64,000 bases of DNA, from contig OZ237752.1 in NCBI GenBank assembly GCA_965178125.1, forward strand, positions 248,001 to 312,000. Direction: 5' to 3'. Both the position numbers and the translations under genes were made by a program. The DNA is from Bilabrum cf. latius (taxonomy: Eukaryota). The notes under the pieces are model-generated. The model did no database searches. It saw nothing but the letters and a program-made list of their open reading frames with translations, and had not been told where the DNA came from. Below, piece after piece: positions 37,748 to 52,000 of the stretch (the stretch's first letter is position 1; each line of letters starts with the position of its first letter).

Positions 37748-40700
37748 TCAACCATGGAAACCAGCCCCACTGGCACCCTGGGCAGTCGGCGGCTTATCCG
37801 GCGGGTAGACGTCCATGAATGTCTGCTCCTCTACATTATGTTTTCCTGCTTTACTGCGAAAATGCCTCCTGCCGGTTCGCCTCGAGCAGCAGCCAGTTCT
37901 GTAAACGACCACTCCAAGCACCACAACTGTGAGGCACAAGAGACCAATGACCAGCAGCGAAACTGCGGCACCGGTAAGATCATCGTCACCATCGTTGACA
38001 TCATCGTCCCCAGAGGACCGAGCAGCGGGCCGGGCCCCCACCTGGGACCTCTGGGGGTCCACGACGACCGCACCTGGGGCGAAGGTCTCGGTGCCGATGG
38101 CCAGAGACAGCACCGGGTCGGCGGCGACACGGGCAGCCAGCTGCCCGGACTCGACCACGCGCACGGACTCCTGGTACAGGGCAGCCCCCTCTGCCTCGGA
38201 GTCCACCGTGATCTGGGTGTCCACTGCCACGCTGGTATCGGTCTGCAGCGCCCTGGCGCCGTCGCGAAGTGCCCTCCGGTTGTCGTCGAGGATGAACGTG
38301 AGGAACACGGCGCGGCGGTCGTCTCCACCGACCACGCCCAAGAGCTCCATCAGGATGTCGACGAACGCCACGGACTCCTCGCAGCCGAACTGGTCGGTGT
38401 CCACGAGGAGCAGGAACCGGAGGCTCACCACCAGGCTGGAATTAGAGCTGTCGAAGCCCTCGGGACGGTCGCAGGTCTCGGCGCCATCGTCCTCGGGGTC
38501 TGGCACGGGGGTGGATGGTTCCACGGCGATGGGCGTTGCGGCCACGGAGGGTGTCTGCGGGGAGAGACAAAGCTTTGGTCGGTGAGCATGCGCATGGAAA
38601 CTACTCCTATTGTAAGGTAGCCACTGGCAGGAAGGCGGGGCAGCTGGCTGGAATAAGCTTCGGGCGCAATCGGGTCGTAGTCATCAAATTCTCACAGCTG
38701 ACACTACCGGCGAACTTGACGGCGAGGCTGACTGCAAAATAAGAAATCAATAACGGGGGAGGGGAGCAGGGGTGTGAGAGAAAATTGGTGCGGCTTCCGA
38801 GCTCAAACTCGACGTGATATGACGCCCCTGTGACTGCTTGCGCAGGGTAAGGATCGCAGAGCCGCAACGACCAAAACTCAAACGAAAAACGCGATGAAGA
38901 GGCCAATACCCTAGGTCGGATTGCTCTCACCGATGCAGGAGTGGAAGACGGAATGCTGCTTGGGGAAACCGCTGCGGGGGTCGCGCTGGGACTCGGGGCC
39001 ACAAAGGCTTGCACCACCACTGCCTCGGTTAGCGTCTCGGTCTCGAAGGCCACGGCGGACGCGTCTACTGTGATACGGGAGGCAAGCGCGGGGGCAGCCG
39101 CCTGCAGGTCCTCCATGAGACCGTTCCCGCCCGTGTCCGACTCGCCAGACATGTACCCAGACACAGCCTCCTGGGCGGCAAAGGTGTCCTCGTCTGAACG
39201 AAAGCGAAGGCTGGAATCGATCGAAATGCCAGAGGAAGCCTGCATGGCACGGCCGTACCAGCCCCCGCGGACGGATCCCAGCCGCCTGCTGTTTCCATCG
39301 TCCTCGCCGCCCGAAACCTTGTCGATGATGACCTCGGAAGCTCCGGTCTTGCCCATCAAGCTCTCCTTGAAAGGCTCCTCCAGCGTCTCTTTAAACTGCT
39401 TAGGAGAAACGCCCTGGATCTCCAAGGCGCCAACCTCCACGTACGCACCTGCAGGCTTGATTGCGCGCGTGCACGTTTGCGTCTCGTTCGAGCACACGAG
39501 GTCACCGGCGCAATTGTCGCTGGATGTGCAGCCCAGGCTCTGCTCGCAAAGACCGCACGTGGTGCCGCCGGCCTGGCCCACGAACCCGCAGTCGATTCCG
39601 GACTCGTCACCGTTCTTCTTGCCGTCCTCGCACGTGGGCACTGCATCGACTGGCTTGGACACGGTGCAGTGGCCCTCGCTGTCCTCGAGGATGCCAGTGT
39701 CGCAGCTGCAGGTGTACCCTCGCGACTCAGAATCGTCCTCGATGCACACGCCCTGCCCGCACGGCTCGGCAGCACACGGTCCCCGGACCACCACGGTCTG
39801 GCACGTGTCCCCAGTGAACAGCGTGGTGTTGCAGGTGCAAGCGAAATCTTCGACTCCAGCGCCGGTCAGAGCGCACTGGCCGTCGTTCCTGCATGGGTTT
39901 GGCGTGCACGCATCCTGCTCAACGTTGCAGTTGCCGCTCGAGTCCTTCAGCCAGCCATCCTCACACTCGCACACAAAGCCGCGCTGGGCCCGCTCCTCCG
40001 CGATGCACGAACCGTTTCCGCATGCCGCTTGCTCGCAGGGATCCGCTGGTTTGGGCACCGTGCACGCGCCACTAGAGTCCTTGAGCCAGTCGTCCTCGCA
40101 GAAGCACACGCGGCCGCCCCCGTCCGTCTGGAACGACCTGCACTCGCCATTGTCGCACGGGTCAGAGGCGCAGTAGTCGATCTCCTCGATGCTGCAGATG
40201 CCCCGAGTATCCATCTGGTACCCGTCGGCGCACTCGCACTTGAAGCCGTTCTTGGAGCCGGGGAAGTCGGAGCACTGCCCGTTCAGGCATGGGTTCCCAA
40301 AGCAGAAGTCTCTGACTGTGCACAGGCCCGCCTCATCCACACTGAAGGACTCAAAGCACGAGCACGTGAATCCGTCGGGAGAATTGGGGGTGTCCTCGCA
40401 GAAGCCCTACCCGCAGATGCTCGGGTTTTCGTCGCACACTGAAGGCTGTTCTACATTCACCTCGATGGTGCACGTGCCATTCAGGTCCTTGCGGTGCGTG
40501 TCAGCGCACTCACAAGAGAAGCCAGAGGGTTGAGTGAGGTCGATGCTGCACTCTCCGTTGCTGCACGAAGCCTAATCACCGTCGGCACAGTAATCGATCT
40601 CTACACTACAGCTGCCAGTGGCACCATCCAAATCCCAGCCCCTATCGCAGGAGCAGACGAAACCTCTCGCATCCTGGTCGTTCTTTGAACACGAGCCCTG

Positions 40701-43700
40701 TCCGCACTCGGCGAGCAGGCAAGGGTCAGCAAGGATGGTGCACGTGCCGTTCTCGTCCTTGCGGTAGGCAGTCTCACAAATGCACGTAAAACCGCTACCA
40801 TCAGTGCCGTCGTTGAAGCATTCCCCGTTCCCGCACTGGACTACCTTGCAGAAATCGGGGCTGGGCGAAGGGGAGGGCGAAATTGAAGGGCTGGTACTCT
40901 GGCTGCTTGATGGGGTGGCCGAAGCTGCGGCCACGCTGGTCGATGGGGTGGCCGAAGCTGCAGCCACGCTGGTCGATGGGGTGACAGAAGCTGCAGCCAC
41001 GCTGGTCGATGGGGTGGCCGAAGCTGCGGCCATGCTGGTCGATGGGGTGGCCGAAGTTGCAGCCACGCTGGTCGATGGGGTGGCCGAAGCTGCAGCCATG
41101 CTGGTCGAAGGGGTGGCCGAAGTTGCAGCCATGCTCGTCGAAGGGGTGGCCGAAGTTGCAGCCACGCTGGTGCTCGGGCTGGCGCTCACGCTTGGGCTGA
41201 CACTTACGCTTGGGCTGACACTTACGCTTGGGCTGGCGCTCACGCTTGGGCTGGCGCTCACGCTTGGGCTGGCACTCACGCTTGGGCTGACACTTACGCT
41301 TGGGCTGGCGCTCACGCTTGGGCTGACACTTACGCTTGGGCTGGCGCTCACGGTTGGGCTGGCACTCACGCTTGGGCTCGCGCTACTTCCCAGCGATGGC
41401 GACGCCGATGGACTGCTGCTAGCTGACGCAGACACCGACTGCGAGGAGCATTGGGCACATGCAGATGTCACCATCATCGATGCAAGTCAGGCGGGGGGCA
41501 GGCGACCATGCACAGCAGACAGCAAATACTCATGCAATCAGAAGCCAGCCAACACGCACAGCAAGCCAAGCAAAATACAACCATCAACCATGACATGGAC
41601 CACAGTGCGACTGAGATCGAGGCAATACACACAAAGGCATGGAGGCCAATGGCAACTACACCCACACTCGCGCACAAGCGGGCCATGTGCCGTAACTCAC
41701 CGGTGAGGATGACACAGAAGGCGACACGCTGACCGTCGGGCTGGGACTAGGACTCGCAGAAGGCTGGCCCATGCCAAGCACGTACACCGCCCCCTTGCTT
41801 GCGCCCCCCGTGTTGTCGGTCTCGGCGGCCACGGCTAGCTTCCACACTGCGTTGCCGCCATCTGGATCCCCGATCGCAGACAGGGCCGCTCCGAAGTTGT
41901 CGTTGGTCCTCCGATTCTGGAACGACCCGGCCGTGCCGGGCAGCTCCACCTCGCCCCGCGCCGTGCCTCGGCTCGACAGGAACATGATCCACACAGACCC
42001 GGTGCCCCCGCCCCCGTTTGGATCGGCCGTGGCGCCCACAGCCAGGTCGGTCGTGCCGTCTCCGTTGGCATCTCCGACAGATGCCATAGAGTAGCCCATC
42101 TGGTCGTTGTCGGCAAGGCTGCCCGAGAAGCCCCCCGTGATGTCCGAGATCTTCCGCCAGTCCTTCACCGTGCCGTTGGACCGCAGAAACAGGATCCACA
42201 CTGCCCCTCGCTTGCTGCCCCCGTCATCGTCGTCCGGTGCGCCAACCGCCAGGTCATCCACCCCGTCCATGTCGATGTCCTTCAGCAGCGCGACGGACTG
42301 GCCGAAGCGGTCCTGGTCGCTCAGCTCACCGCCGAAGCCGCCCGCGGTGCTCGAGATCTTCTGGTGCGACTTGACTTTCCCGTTCGACCGCAGGAACAGG
42401 ATCCACACCGCGCCGCGCTGCGTCCCGCCGTCGTCGTCTCCGTTTGCGCTGACTGCCAGGTCATTCACACCATCACCATCCAGATCGCCCAGGCTCTCTA
42501 GTGCCCATCCAAAGCGGTCATGGCTGTCCAGAGCGCCCGTGAAGTCCCCTGACAGCCGTGAGATCTTCGACTTGCCCTTCACGGTGCCATCGCGGTTCAG
42601 GTACAGCAGCCACACAGACCCTGTTGAAGGGAAGCCATCGTCATCTAGTGGAGCGCTGACCGCAATGTCCGTAATGTTGTCGCCATCGATGTCACCCAGA
42701 TTCGCGATGGAGGACCCGAAGTAGTCAGTGTTGGCCAGACCGCCCCCGAACCCACCCTGCGTGCTCGATATCACCTGCTGTCGCTTGACCGTGTGGTTCG
42801 AGTGCAGGAACGGCATCCACACCTTGCCGCGACCGCTCCCGCCGTCGTTGCCTGCCGGCATGCCTACCGCAACATCGTCCGCGCCATCCCCATCCAGGTC
42901 TCCCAGCCACTCCACCGCCGTGCCGAACCGCAGCAGGTCTGAGCCCTCGAAGCCGCCGTCATTCGTGGAGATCTTCTGGTCGCTCACCACGGTCAGATCG
43001 ATCGCGGGCAGGGCGCTGATGGTGGGCATTGGGGTGTTGCTTGGCGTGGGGCTGCTGCTGGCTGTGACGCTCGGGGTGGGGCTGCTGCTGGCTGATATGC
43101 TCGGTGTTGGCGTAGGTGAGGGCGACACGGGGGTCACAGACGGCGTCGGCGTGATGGAAGGTGTCACAGACGGCGATGGCGTGATGCTTGGCGTGGGTGA
43201 CGGCGAGGCGAACGCCATGGTCAGCGTCCACGTAGCTCCCCTGTTCGTGCCTCCGTGGTCGTCATTCCTGGCACCCACCACCAGCTTGTACTGCTCGTCT
43301 GTGACGTTGCCCGCTCCCACCCAGGCCAGAGAGGACCCGAAGCCGTTCGCGCTCGACAGGCTGCCCGTGAAGCTGCCCTGCGTCATCGAGATCTTGTCCC
43401 GCCGCTTCACCTCGAAGTTCGTGTCCAGGTACAGGATCCACACCGCACCCCTGTTGGACTGCCCATCATCGTCCCCGATGGCGCCCACGGCAATGTCCAC
43501 GATCCCGTCCCTGTCCAGATCGCCCAGTGAGGCCACCGAGATTCCGAAGTCGTCATTGCCGTTCAGCCCACCCATCCGGCCTCTCAGAAACGAGATCTTC
43601 TGTGCGCCCTGCACCCTCCCGTTCGACCGGAGCCGGATCACGTACACGGCGCCGTACTTTAAGAAACCGTCTCGGTCCCTGGGCGAGCCCACCACGATGT

Positions 43701-44521
43701 CGTGCACGCCATCACCATTGATGTCGCCCACAGACGCCACGGAGGCCCCGAACAGACAGCCGTCGTAGAAGATGCCGGCCGTGAAGCTGCCCTGAGTGTC
43801 GGAGATCTTCTGCTGTCCCTTCACCGTGCCGTTGGAGTGCTGCAGCAGCACCCACACGGCCCCGCGATCCGGCCCGCCGTCGTCATCGTTGGGTGCCCCT
43901 ACCGCCAGGTCCGACACGTTGTCCCCGTCCACGTCTGCCAGAGACGCAATGGAAGACCCGAACCAGTCCTCGTTCGACAGGCTGCCCGTGAATCCGCCCT
44001 CGGTGCTGCTGATCTTCTGGTGGCGGTGCACGGTGCCATTCTCGTTGTGGAACAGGATCCACACGGCGCCGCGATTCGACCCGCCGTCATCGTCTCGCAT
44101 GGCACCCACCGCCAGCTCGGGAATGCCGTCCCCGTCCATATCTGGCACAGTCGCCAGTGCAGCCCCGAAGTTGTCCGAGTTGTCCAGCTCGCCCGTGAAG
44201 TTGCCATGGGTGTCGGAGATCTTCGCATACGACTTCACCGTATCGTCCACGGTCTGGTAGAGGATCCACACTGCGCCCCGGTCGGTGCCACCATCATCGT
44301 CACGCATGGCACCCACCGCGATGTCGGGCACGCTGTCGTCGTCCAGGAGGCCCAGGGATGCTGTGGCGATGCCGAAGGTATCACTGTTGTCTAGGTCGCC
44401 ATCAAAATCGCCGCGCAGAGACGATACTTTCTAGTAGTGCACCACGCCGAGGCTGGTTGTAATGGTTGCATCCCCAAATCTTGCGAAGGCAGCTACTGCT
44501 CCCAGAATACCGATTGATGAG
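37748..44521 (-). CDS. Type I membrane adhesin-like protein: two FG-GAP propeller blocks, mucin-like stalk, about 10 EGF-like repeats, SEA-like regions, TM and tail; 5' end uncertain
   Basis: Phase-0 GT-AG introns at 41439-41700 and 38555-38930 join ORFs 41656, 40572, 38607 and 37748. TAGs at 44431, 40572 and 40407 are read through. TM segment [25 protein letters not shown] at 37748. The start codon lies upstream of 44521 and was not resolved. Confidence 0.85.
40908..41380 (-). repeat. Coding minisatellites: 18-nt units (SPSVSA/V) and 30-nt units (ATPSTS[V/M]AA[A/T]S) forming a mucin-like stalk
   Basis: About 11 x 18 nt at 41170-41380 and about 8 x 30 nt at 40908-41169, directly visible. Confidence 0.9.
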
Positions 44522-46023
44522 CTGCGTTGGAATGATCCTTGGAAATTGAAGGTTTGATGGATGATAGTGATAAGAAAATAGGGCGTAATAGATGCAGTCG
44601 GACGCAGAGATGGTGGAACGGCTGGCCACGCTCGACCAGTCCATGGATGCATGCTACAAGCCGTGAATGAAGCCACGACAACGAACGTTGAGCACGGGCG
44701 AAGCAACACACGCTTTAATATACTGCGTGCTACGGCTGTCTCACCCTACAGAAGGCACAATCATACTTTTCTGCTTTTGAAGTGGCCGGCTGGTATGCTC
44801 GCCGCCTGGGGCGCGGGTTGGAATTTTCCGCTGGATGCTTGGGTTCCGGTTTGGTATCATGGGCCCAATGCGCAACACCAAATGAATAAATAGTATACAG
44901 CCACTTCTTAATAACTCCAAATTCTGGTTGATTGCCGATACTCCTAGCTGTACCGTGCCCGCCAGTGGTTTTAATCTTGCCCCGCCAGTGCCAGTGGTCG
45001 CAACTCTCTCGCTGGTCGCTAGCGCTATGGTAGAAAATAACAATGCATCGAAAGCTCTCAATAAAAACATTCAAGCTATTATTGTGGGGCGCAGAATAGA
45101 AATGGAGGCAAAGGCACATATTACTTGTTCTAGCAGTTTGCCAATTGCGCCGCGGCTTGCTTCTTCCTACCCTGGCTATAACTGATATAGCTTAGCCATC
45201 CGCCGCATCCTCTGCAACTTGTTGAACAAGCATGCTACACTTGCTACGATCTCTGAATTCCTTGCGGGCGCTGCTCTGGTTTGCGTACTTGTGGGCGTCC
45301 TCGACGGCATCAGAGCCATCATTATGACGTCTCTCGAGAATTGACGACACGTAATTTCTGCCGAAGACAAAGCAAAAAATATCTCAGAATAGTAGTGCGC
45401 TTTACTTTTGACTCTGCAGTATTTCTGAGTTCGTAGCTGCACCACAAATATCAACTGCTTCGTGGACTTGTGATTGATTTTGTCTAAATCTCCATGAGCA
45501 AGAGACTTAGCTCATATCACATCGGTCCATGCCCCACCAATCTCGACCGTAGCAAATGGCCCCCAGCGCGCGACGCCCTCCCACTGGCACCCCAGCACGA
45601 GGGAATCGCCCGTGGCCCACCGGCAGTCAGCCTCGTCTCATCCATTGCCCCACTGGCCCATGAGGCTGGCAGCAGGCCTGGTAAGCGGTCGTTCGGATTC
45701 GACGGGTCGGCCTCCTCGGTGGCATTCTCTGTCCCGTGCACCAGCGGCACTGGCAAAGGGCGATGAGGGCCAGGGCTGGTGCATCTGCGCCCGTAGGTAG
45801 GCACACCGCTGCAGGGGGGCTTTTCCCACTCGCATGCTTTGCAACCCCGACTTATCTGCTCGCATTCTAGCTCGTTCTTCTGTATTGGGCAGGGGAGGCC
45901 CTTGAGGGGCCGGGTCCGCCATGATAACGTGCGATTTCAGCCCGTCACCTGAGGTCTAGGCGATTCACCCAGTGCGCGCACATCTGCACCCAGATCCGGT
46001 GACGTTGCCGCAGCACCGGACTT

Positions 46024-49000
46024 ATGTCACGAGGACAATCACTAGGACGCAATGATGTGGTAACATCGCTGGAAGATCTTGGCCCAGTCTCGTCTTCGGA
46101 CAATGAAATGCTAGTGACCGTTGCTCCAGAATGCCTGCCACAGGGCGAGGCATGGTTGGAGAAGAAAGGCTCTGGAGATGGAATTTTTTCATCGAGATCA
46201 TGGTAGCCTCGGTATGCAAGACTCATACCTCCATTCTTGGAGCTGTCACGATCTCCAGATCACCGAGCATCCAAAATAATTGATTTGAGGACAGCCCAAG
46301 CTCGCCCCCTCCAGCATCACGCTAGGCATCACGCGTTTGAAATTATCACAACTATGAGGTCGTACTAGCTTGATGCCGGGGATGGCGACTCATTTGAACA
46401 GTGGTTGCGAGTGCTTGGCTTGTGTTGCCGAGCTCTGCAGGGAGACTTGACTGTTTCGGACGCTCGCAAGCTCGTGTTCGATGAAGATCAACCTGCCAAA
46501 CAAAAGGACGAAGCTACTTCTGGTGATCTGCCGGGTGCAGATGATGACATTGGGGCTTGGGACCCGGCCACTGGGCAGTGGGTGCAACCAGCACAGCAAC
46601 CCTTCGCTGGAGGCAGTCCTGAGCGAGACCCGGTGGACGGTACCATCATGGAAAGCGAAGAGGGAAGCGAAATCGAGTCGCAATCTTCTCGTCCCTCAGT
46701 CAATGACAGCAACGGAGTCGCAGACTCTGACGATGATCCCGATGGTGCCGTTTTGCAACAAACGAGCAATTCAAGCGAATAGTTGGACGGGCCAAGGCTG
46801 GCTACAGGTTCCAAGATTCAAAATGAAGGCACTGATCGATCACGTAGTAGAAGCACCGATGCTAGCGATGAGCCGCAGGGGCAGCACAGTGGCATGGGAA
46901 AAGGGCCCACCTTTACGGAGGGGCAATGGACTGGCGAATATCCCATTCGACCTGGTGTCAGTCCACGAGTACCACCTGACATGATAGACGATTCATCCGC
47001 ACCTGACCCTTGGGGGGATGGTCCAGAGAAGCGGGTGCTGCAAAGGGAGGGTATGCAGGCCCTAGCGGCAGCTGGTTTGGGTGCTGCCGCGGCCTCAGTC
47101 GGTGTCGGTGAAATGTAGGCGGGTACGGTATCAGTCGGGGCGGGCTCGAGCGAGCTCACCCGGGCGAATTCCCTGATTTCTAACAAGCAGGATCCGGCAG
47201 TGAAGCAGGGGCAACGCCAAGACCCAGACATGGGTGAGGCTCAGGCTGAGGCTGGCGAAGGCGAAGACACTAGGAGGACACCTGAGCGGCCTGCAGTGGA
47301 ACCAGCCTCAACGGCTGCTGAGCCCACCTCGAGCTCAAGACTAGGCAGATCTAGATCGGCAACAGCGGGGGGTTCCCCAGCTGTCAGTGCTTCCCCCCAT
47401 TCACACGCGGCTCAAGCCGCCTCAACGGCCCAAACCACGATTACAGCCCCAGTCCCCGCTCCTTCAGGCAGAGCTCTCGTAGACGTGGAAGAGATCTCCA
47501 GCGCCGAATCTGACGCGGTGCTAGAGTCGGATAGGGGCAGCAGCAACAGTTTCCCCAGCGATGCCAGAGCGCAGGCAACGGCTGGGCCAACTGTTGGTCG
47601 GGGCACTGGTTCCGCGACTCGGAGTGGCATGCAGGGGGGAGGGCTTGTTTCCGCGCGTGCAGAATCGCAGGCTTCTATAGCAGAGAATTCAGAGAACGCA
47701 CCTCCCTCAGGGTCATCTTCGCCTCTCCCGTGGCCGGCTGGGTCATCTGACGACCACTCGAAGGAATCAGCTGGCTAGCTGCCGGAGCCAGAGAACCGCC
47801 AGAGTCTGGTGGCTCAGAGCAGCACCGCGACTCAAAGTCCCAGCGTAGCACCTGAAAGCGCGTCCGATACGAAGCAGAATCCGGCGGCCGTGATTCTACC
47901 TAGCGCACACGTGGAAGCATACAAGTAGAGCGAGGGCAATAACGACGTCGAGGAGATTGCAGCTGCAGCCGCCCCCTCACTCGGTACTTGGACAGAATTA
48001 AACGGCGATGGGCAGCCCACGACTAGGACGTTTTCTCCTTCGTTACAACTCAAGAGCGAGCTGCGCGAGGCGTCTCCTGCAGATAAGCCCATGGAGGCAC
48101 GGCCTGCTGGCGACGGCACTTAGGCTCCATCCTCAACCGAGCCTGTGCCCGGGCCGCAGGTGGATGGCCCCGTGCCAAGTGTCACTGCCACCGGTCAGCC
48201 CAAGGGCAGGCGCATTCGTAGGGGTCGAGGCAGCAAAATACCGGCTGTTCCAGCAGCTGTCGCAACACAACCCGATGACGTCAGAGCAAAGGCATATCCA
48301 AGCGAGCAAGCCGCGGCAGCCGCCAATCAAAGCGCAGGCATACCCGAGTCGCCCAGCGCGATAGAAGTGGACCAGAGAGCTCAACAGCTGGTGGCTGCGT
48401 CCATGCGTGCACTCCATGGCTAGACCACCCGCAGCCTGGACGCCTCTGAAACTGCCGCACCCGCCGACCATGCCGATGCATCAGCCGGAGCAGACAGTGG
48501 TGGCAAGAGCAGCACGGGCGATGGATCGGACACGCAGCCTCTTTCGGATGATTCAACCAAACCGGTGGACATTCTGCCCGACACGCCGCGATAGGTTGTG
48601 GCAGATGGCCTCCAGTAGCAGTAGCGCCCAGTGGATCTAAGAAGTAATCCGGATCGGACCAGTGGCAGCGCAGAGCCACTCAACACAGAGGCGAGCGACC
48701 CCAGCGCGGATAAACTGCAGCCGGAAGGTAGCACTCAGCCAAAGGCAGCTGCCGCAGATGATAGTCACTGCGATCCAGCACCGGAGGCTCGTGGTGCACC
48801 CTTCTCACCCCTGTAGATGTTGCAATTCGGGAAGGCGGCAAAGCCTTAGCAACATGTAGTCCGTGCTTCCACGAGCGCCGGTAGTCATGGGAACGCAAGC
48901 TGCCTGCCTGGCAGCACCGACGCTACTGGCACGGGGACCGAATCACAGCGAGGTGCTGGCAGCTAGGCGATGGAGGAGGCGCTACCATCGAAGGCCAGTT

Positions 49001-52000
49001 CTGCGTCGCCGATTGGGGACCGAGAAGGAGCTGAATCGACGAGCGATGATTCGGGAACTGACGAAACCGCAAGCGACGAGTCAGCTAGTGACGAAACTGA
49101 TGATAGCACGCCCTCTCCCTCTCTGGAGGGGGAGCTCGACAAGCAGCAGTAGATGCGGCGCGAGCAGGACACGCTCTAGCAGCGCTTCGCCTCGCCCCCG
49201 CTGGAACCCAGGCTCTCCAAGCAACTAACTAGCCCCCCAGGATCAGCTGGAAGCAGCGCTGGCTCCAGAGGGCGCCGCCACACGACGTACATGAAGGCCG
49301 GCAGCCCGCTGCTGCTGCAGAGAGTGCAGGAACGCAAGCGGAAGCAAGAGAGAAGCTCGCTGCAGAGCGAGGCTGCCACAGCGTCAAGTCGTGCCAACGA
49401 CGATGCGCCGAGCCGTGGCAATGCCAGCGATACAGAGGCTCAAGACGTGTCCCTGAAGATACCAGATGTGGGTGTTCGTGACGGCAGCGATGCAGCAACG
49501 TAGGCTGTGTCCAGCCCGAGGGGCGAGGATCAGGCGCTCCCAGTGAGTGAAGACAGCGACGCTGCAATCACAGAGGTGGAGGACGATCTCAGGAAGCAGC
49601 TCCAGCGGGCCAGGGCTGCCCTGCGGCTAGCGCTGAGCCGTGCGGATGAAGCAGAGAGGAATGCAGCGGCGAGGAGCGGCAACTTTGCAAGCAGGCCACA
49701 CCCCGACACGCCGACGGTCCCCAGTGGTACGCCCAGTGGATGGGCCGCCAGTGGGAGTGGGTCTGATGGATGTCGAACGCACCAGCAGCAGGACCTGCGC
49801 GTGACACAGGCTCTTGCTACCAGCCCGCAGGCAGCGATCGAGGAGGCCGAGGCCAGGCTTGCAGAGCTCACCGCCTCCATTGCGGCGCATGGGACCGCGA
49901 GATCACTGGGCGGCAATTTTGCAGATCATGATTACCACTCGTCGGACCAAGCGGGACTCGTATCTCCACTTGGCGTGGAGGAGAGACGGCATGGCGATGG
50001 ACGAGGATTAAGCGCTGCGGATCTGGGCAAGGGTCTCGGTGTCGGTGTCGGTGGGTCATCGGATGGACCGCCTGTGGGGTCTGCTGTAGACGAGGGAATT
50101 GCGGCTTTAGAGCGACTTGGGGTTGGAGCCAGCATGGCCATGCATCGGATGAACCAAGGGGGAGGTAGTGCGGGAGCTCTCGATGGCGAGGGTGGTGATG
50201 GCGAGCATGGTGACGGCGAGGCGTGGGTGCCACTCGAAGGAGGCGCCATGGTGGCGAGGCGGCAGGGCGACAAGCACATCCTGGTGTCAAGAGATGACCA
50301 GACGGGGGTGATGACCATCACGATAGCTCCGGAGGACGTTGACGTGGGCAACGAGGATGACCACGAAGAGGAGGAATGGGCTGGGCACGCCAACCAGTAG
50401 GACTCTAACCGCAGCAGTACCGGCCTCGACTCGCAAAGGCAAGCATGGGAGGGCCAGAGCGGTGGCACTGATGCGGACGACAGGCCCCTGGGTCATTCCA
50501 TGGACTTCAACTTGGAATAGGCCAAAGGCGATCCAACCGTTGAGGTCGCAGCCAGCGAGCATGCCGCAGCTACTGAGCTTCAAGGCATGCAGCCAGAGGC
50601 CCACTGGCACGACCCACGCGTCGCGCAACCAACCGGTATGCCCGAGCCACTTCAGCGCGAGGACGAGGTGGAGCAGTTGCCAGACATGGCTCCCGATGTG
50701 GATGGGCTTCCACTCGGGCTGGAGAGCATGGTCAGCGCTGAGCTGCAGAGGGCTTCGTTTCGGGAGGGGTGCCAGAGGTACGAGCCGATGCTGCAGCGAC
50801 TGTTTGATAGATTCAGTGTGCCCGAGCAGAGGTAGCCAGGTAGCAGCCATGCGCAGGATCAGGAGGTGGAGGGCCTTGCAGGGGTGGATCTCGTTGGGCT
50901 GCGCTCCCTGTGCGCGCAGTTGGGTGTCACTGGCGGCGGGCTAGTCTCCCACGGAGATTTGCAAGCCGTGTTTGCGAGGATGTCTGAGAATAGCGACGCC
51001 TCGACAAGTGTCGCGGGTGGCACGGGATCGCGTGCTTCCCAGAGGCTGCCGTATCCCAAGTTCGTGGCATCGCTCGTCATGGTGGCTGTGCTGCTGCACG
51101 ACCGCAGGCAGCATGGCCGTGGCAGCGGTTCGCTTCCGTCTGATAGTCACGGTGTTGCTGACGGGCACCGCAGTGCTGTGGCAGAGGAAGCTGCCCTGGG
51201 GCGACTGTCTGATGAAGAGAGCCGGTCTGTCGCCATGATTGAGGAGATGGTGGCGCCGTACCTGGCAGGGCTTGCGGCCGCTGGTGAAGGTGAAGACGAG
51301 GACCCGATGCATTCACAGCATGCCAAACAGGAAGGAGGGGGGCTTCCGGTGATTGACGAGGGGCGCGTGATGCCTGCTCGGCATGTTGAAGCTTCACCTA
51401 AAGCCATCGGTACGGATGGGGGAAATGAGCCATTCGAGCTGGGCGCACCACCTGCCGGTGACGGAATTGAGCTGCACCGAAGGAGCAGCTTGCGAGAAGC
51501 AGGAGCTCGCACCCACCAGGAACGCAAGTCCGACGACGAGGACGACCAGCACGACAATGAGTAGCTCGGGCGCTCGCAGGCAGTGTCAAGAGACGTTCGG
51601 CTCCCGGGAGACTTGCGCGGTGTCCGTGGCATGCGCAGGAGTGGATCACGTGCGGGACAGGCAGGACTCTCCCGTGGCGAGCGACGCCGAAACGCCAGCA
51701 AGGGTCGCCGCTCTGGAAGCGGAGGCATTGAAGCGGCGATGCGCGCGCTGGGCGATGCACAGAAGCCGCCTGGACTCGGCCTGCCGCATGGCATGGACTG
51801 GCTGCTGCAAGTACCCGAGGTGATGGAGGCGTTTCACGCAGACCAGAAGGCCCTATCACACGTCTACATGCACTACGCCCAAGTGGCCGCCAACACAGTG
51901 GGGCCTGATGCGTTTGTCGCTGGCGGCCGAGTCGGAGCGACCGCTCGGCATGCGGTTCGCTTCGCAGCCTCTCGCGCTGGAGACGAGGTGCTCGCGGCGA

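Noticed and set aside
38941-43768. Long + strand ORFs (38941-40176, 40780-41706, 42728-43768) and similar antisense ORFs elsewhere
   Set aside because: They are shadow ORFs opposite GC-rich coding frames and show no domain signal of their own.
44970-45922. Possible small minus-strand gene starting MADPAPQGPP with TGA at 45638 as selenocysteine
   Set aside because: No recognisable domain, redox motif or SECIS element, and I could not build a consistent exon structure.
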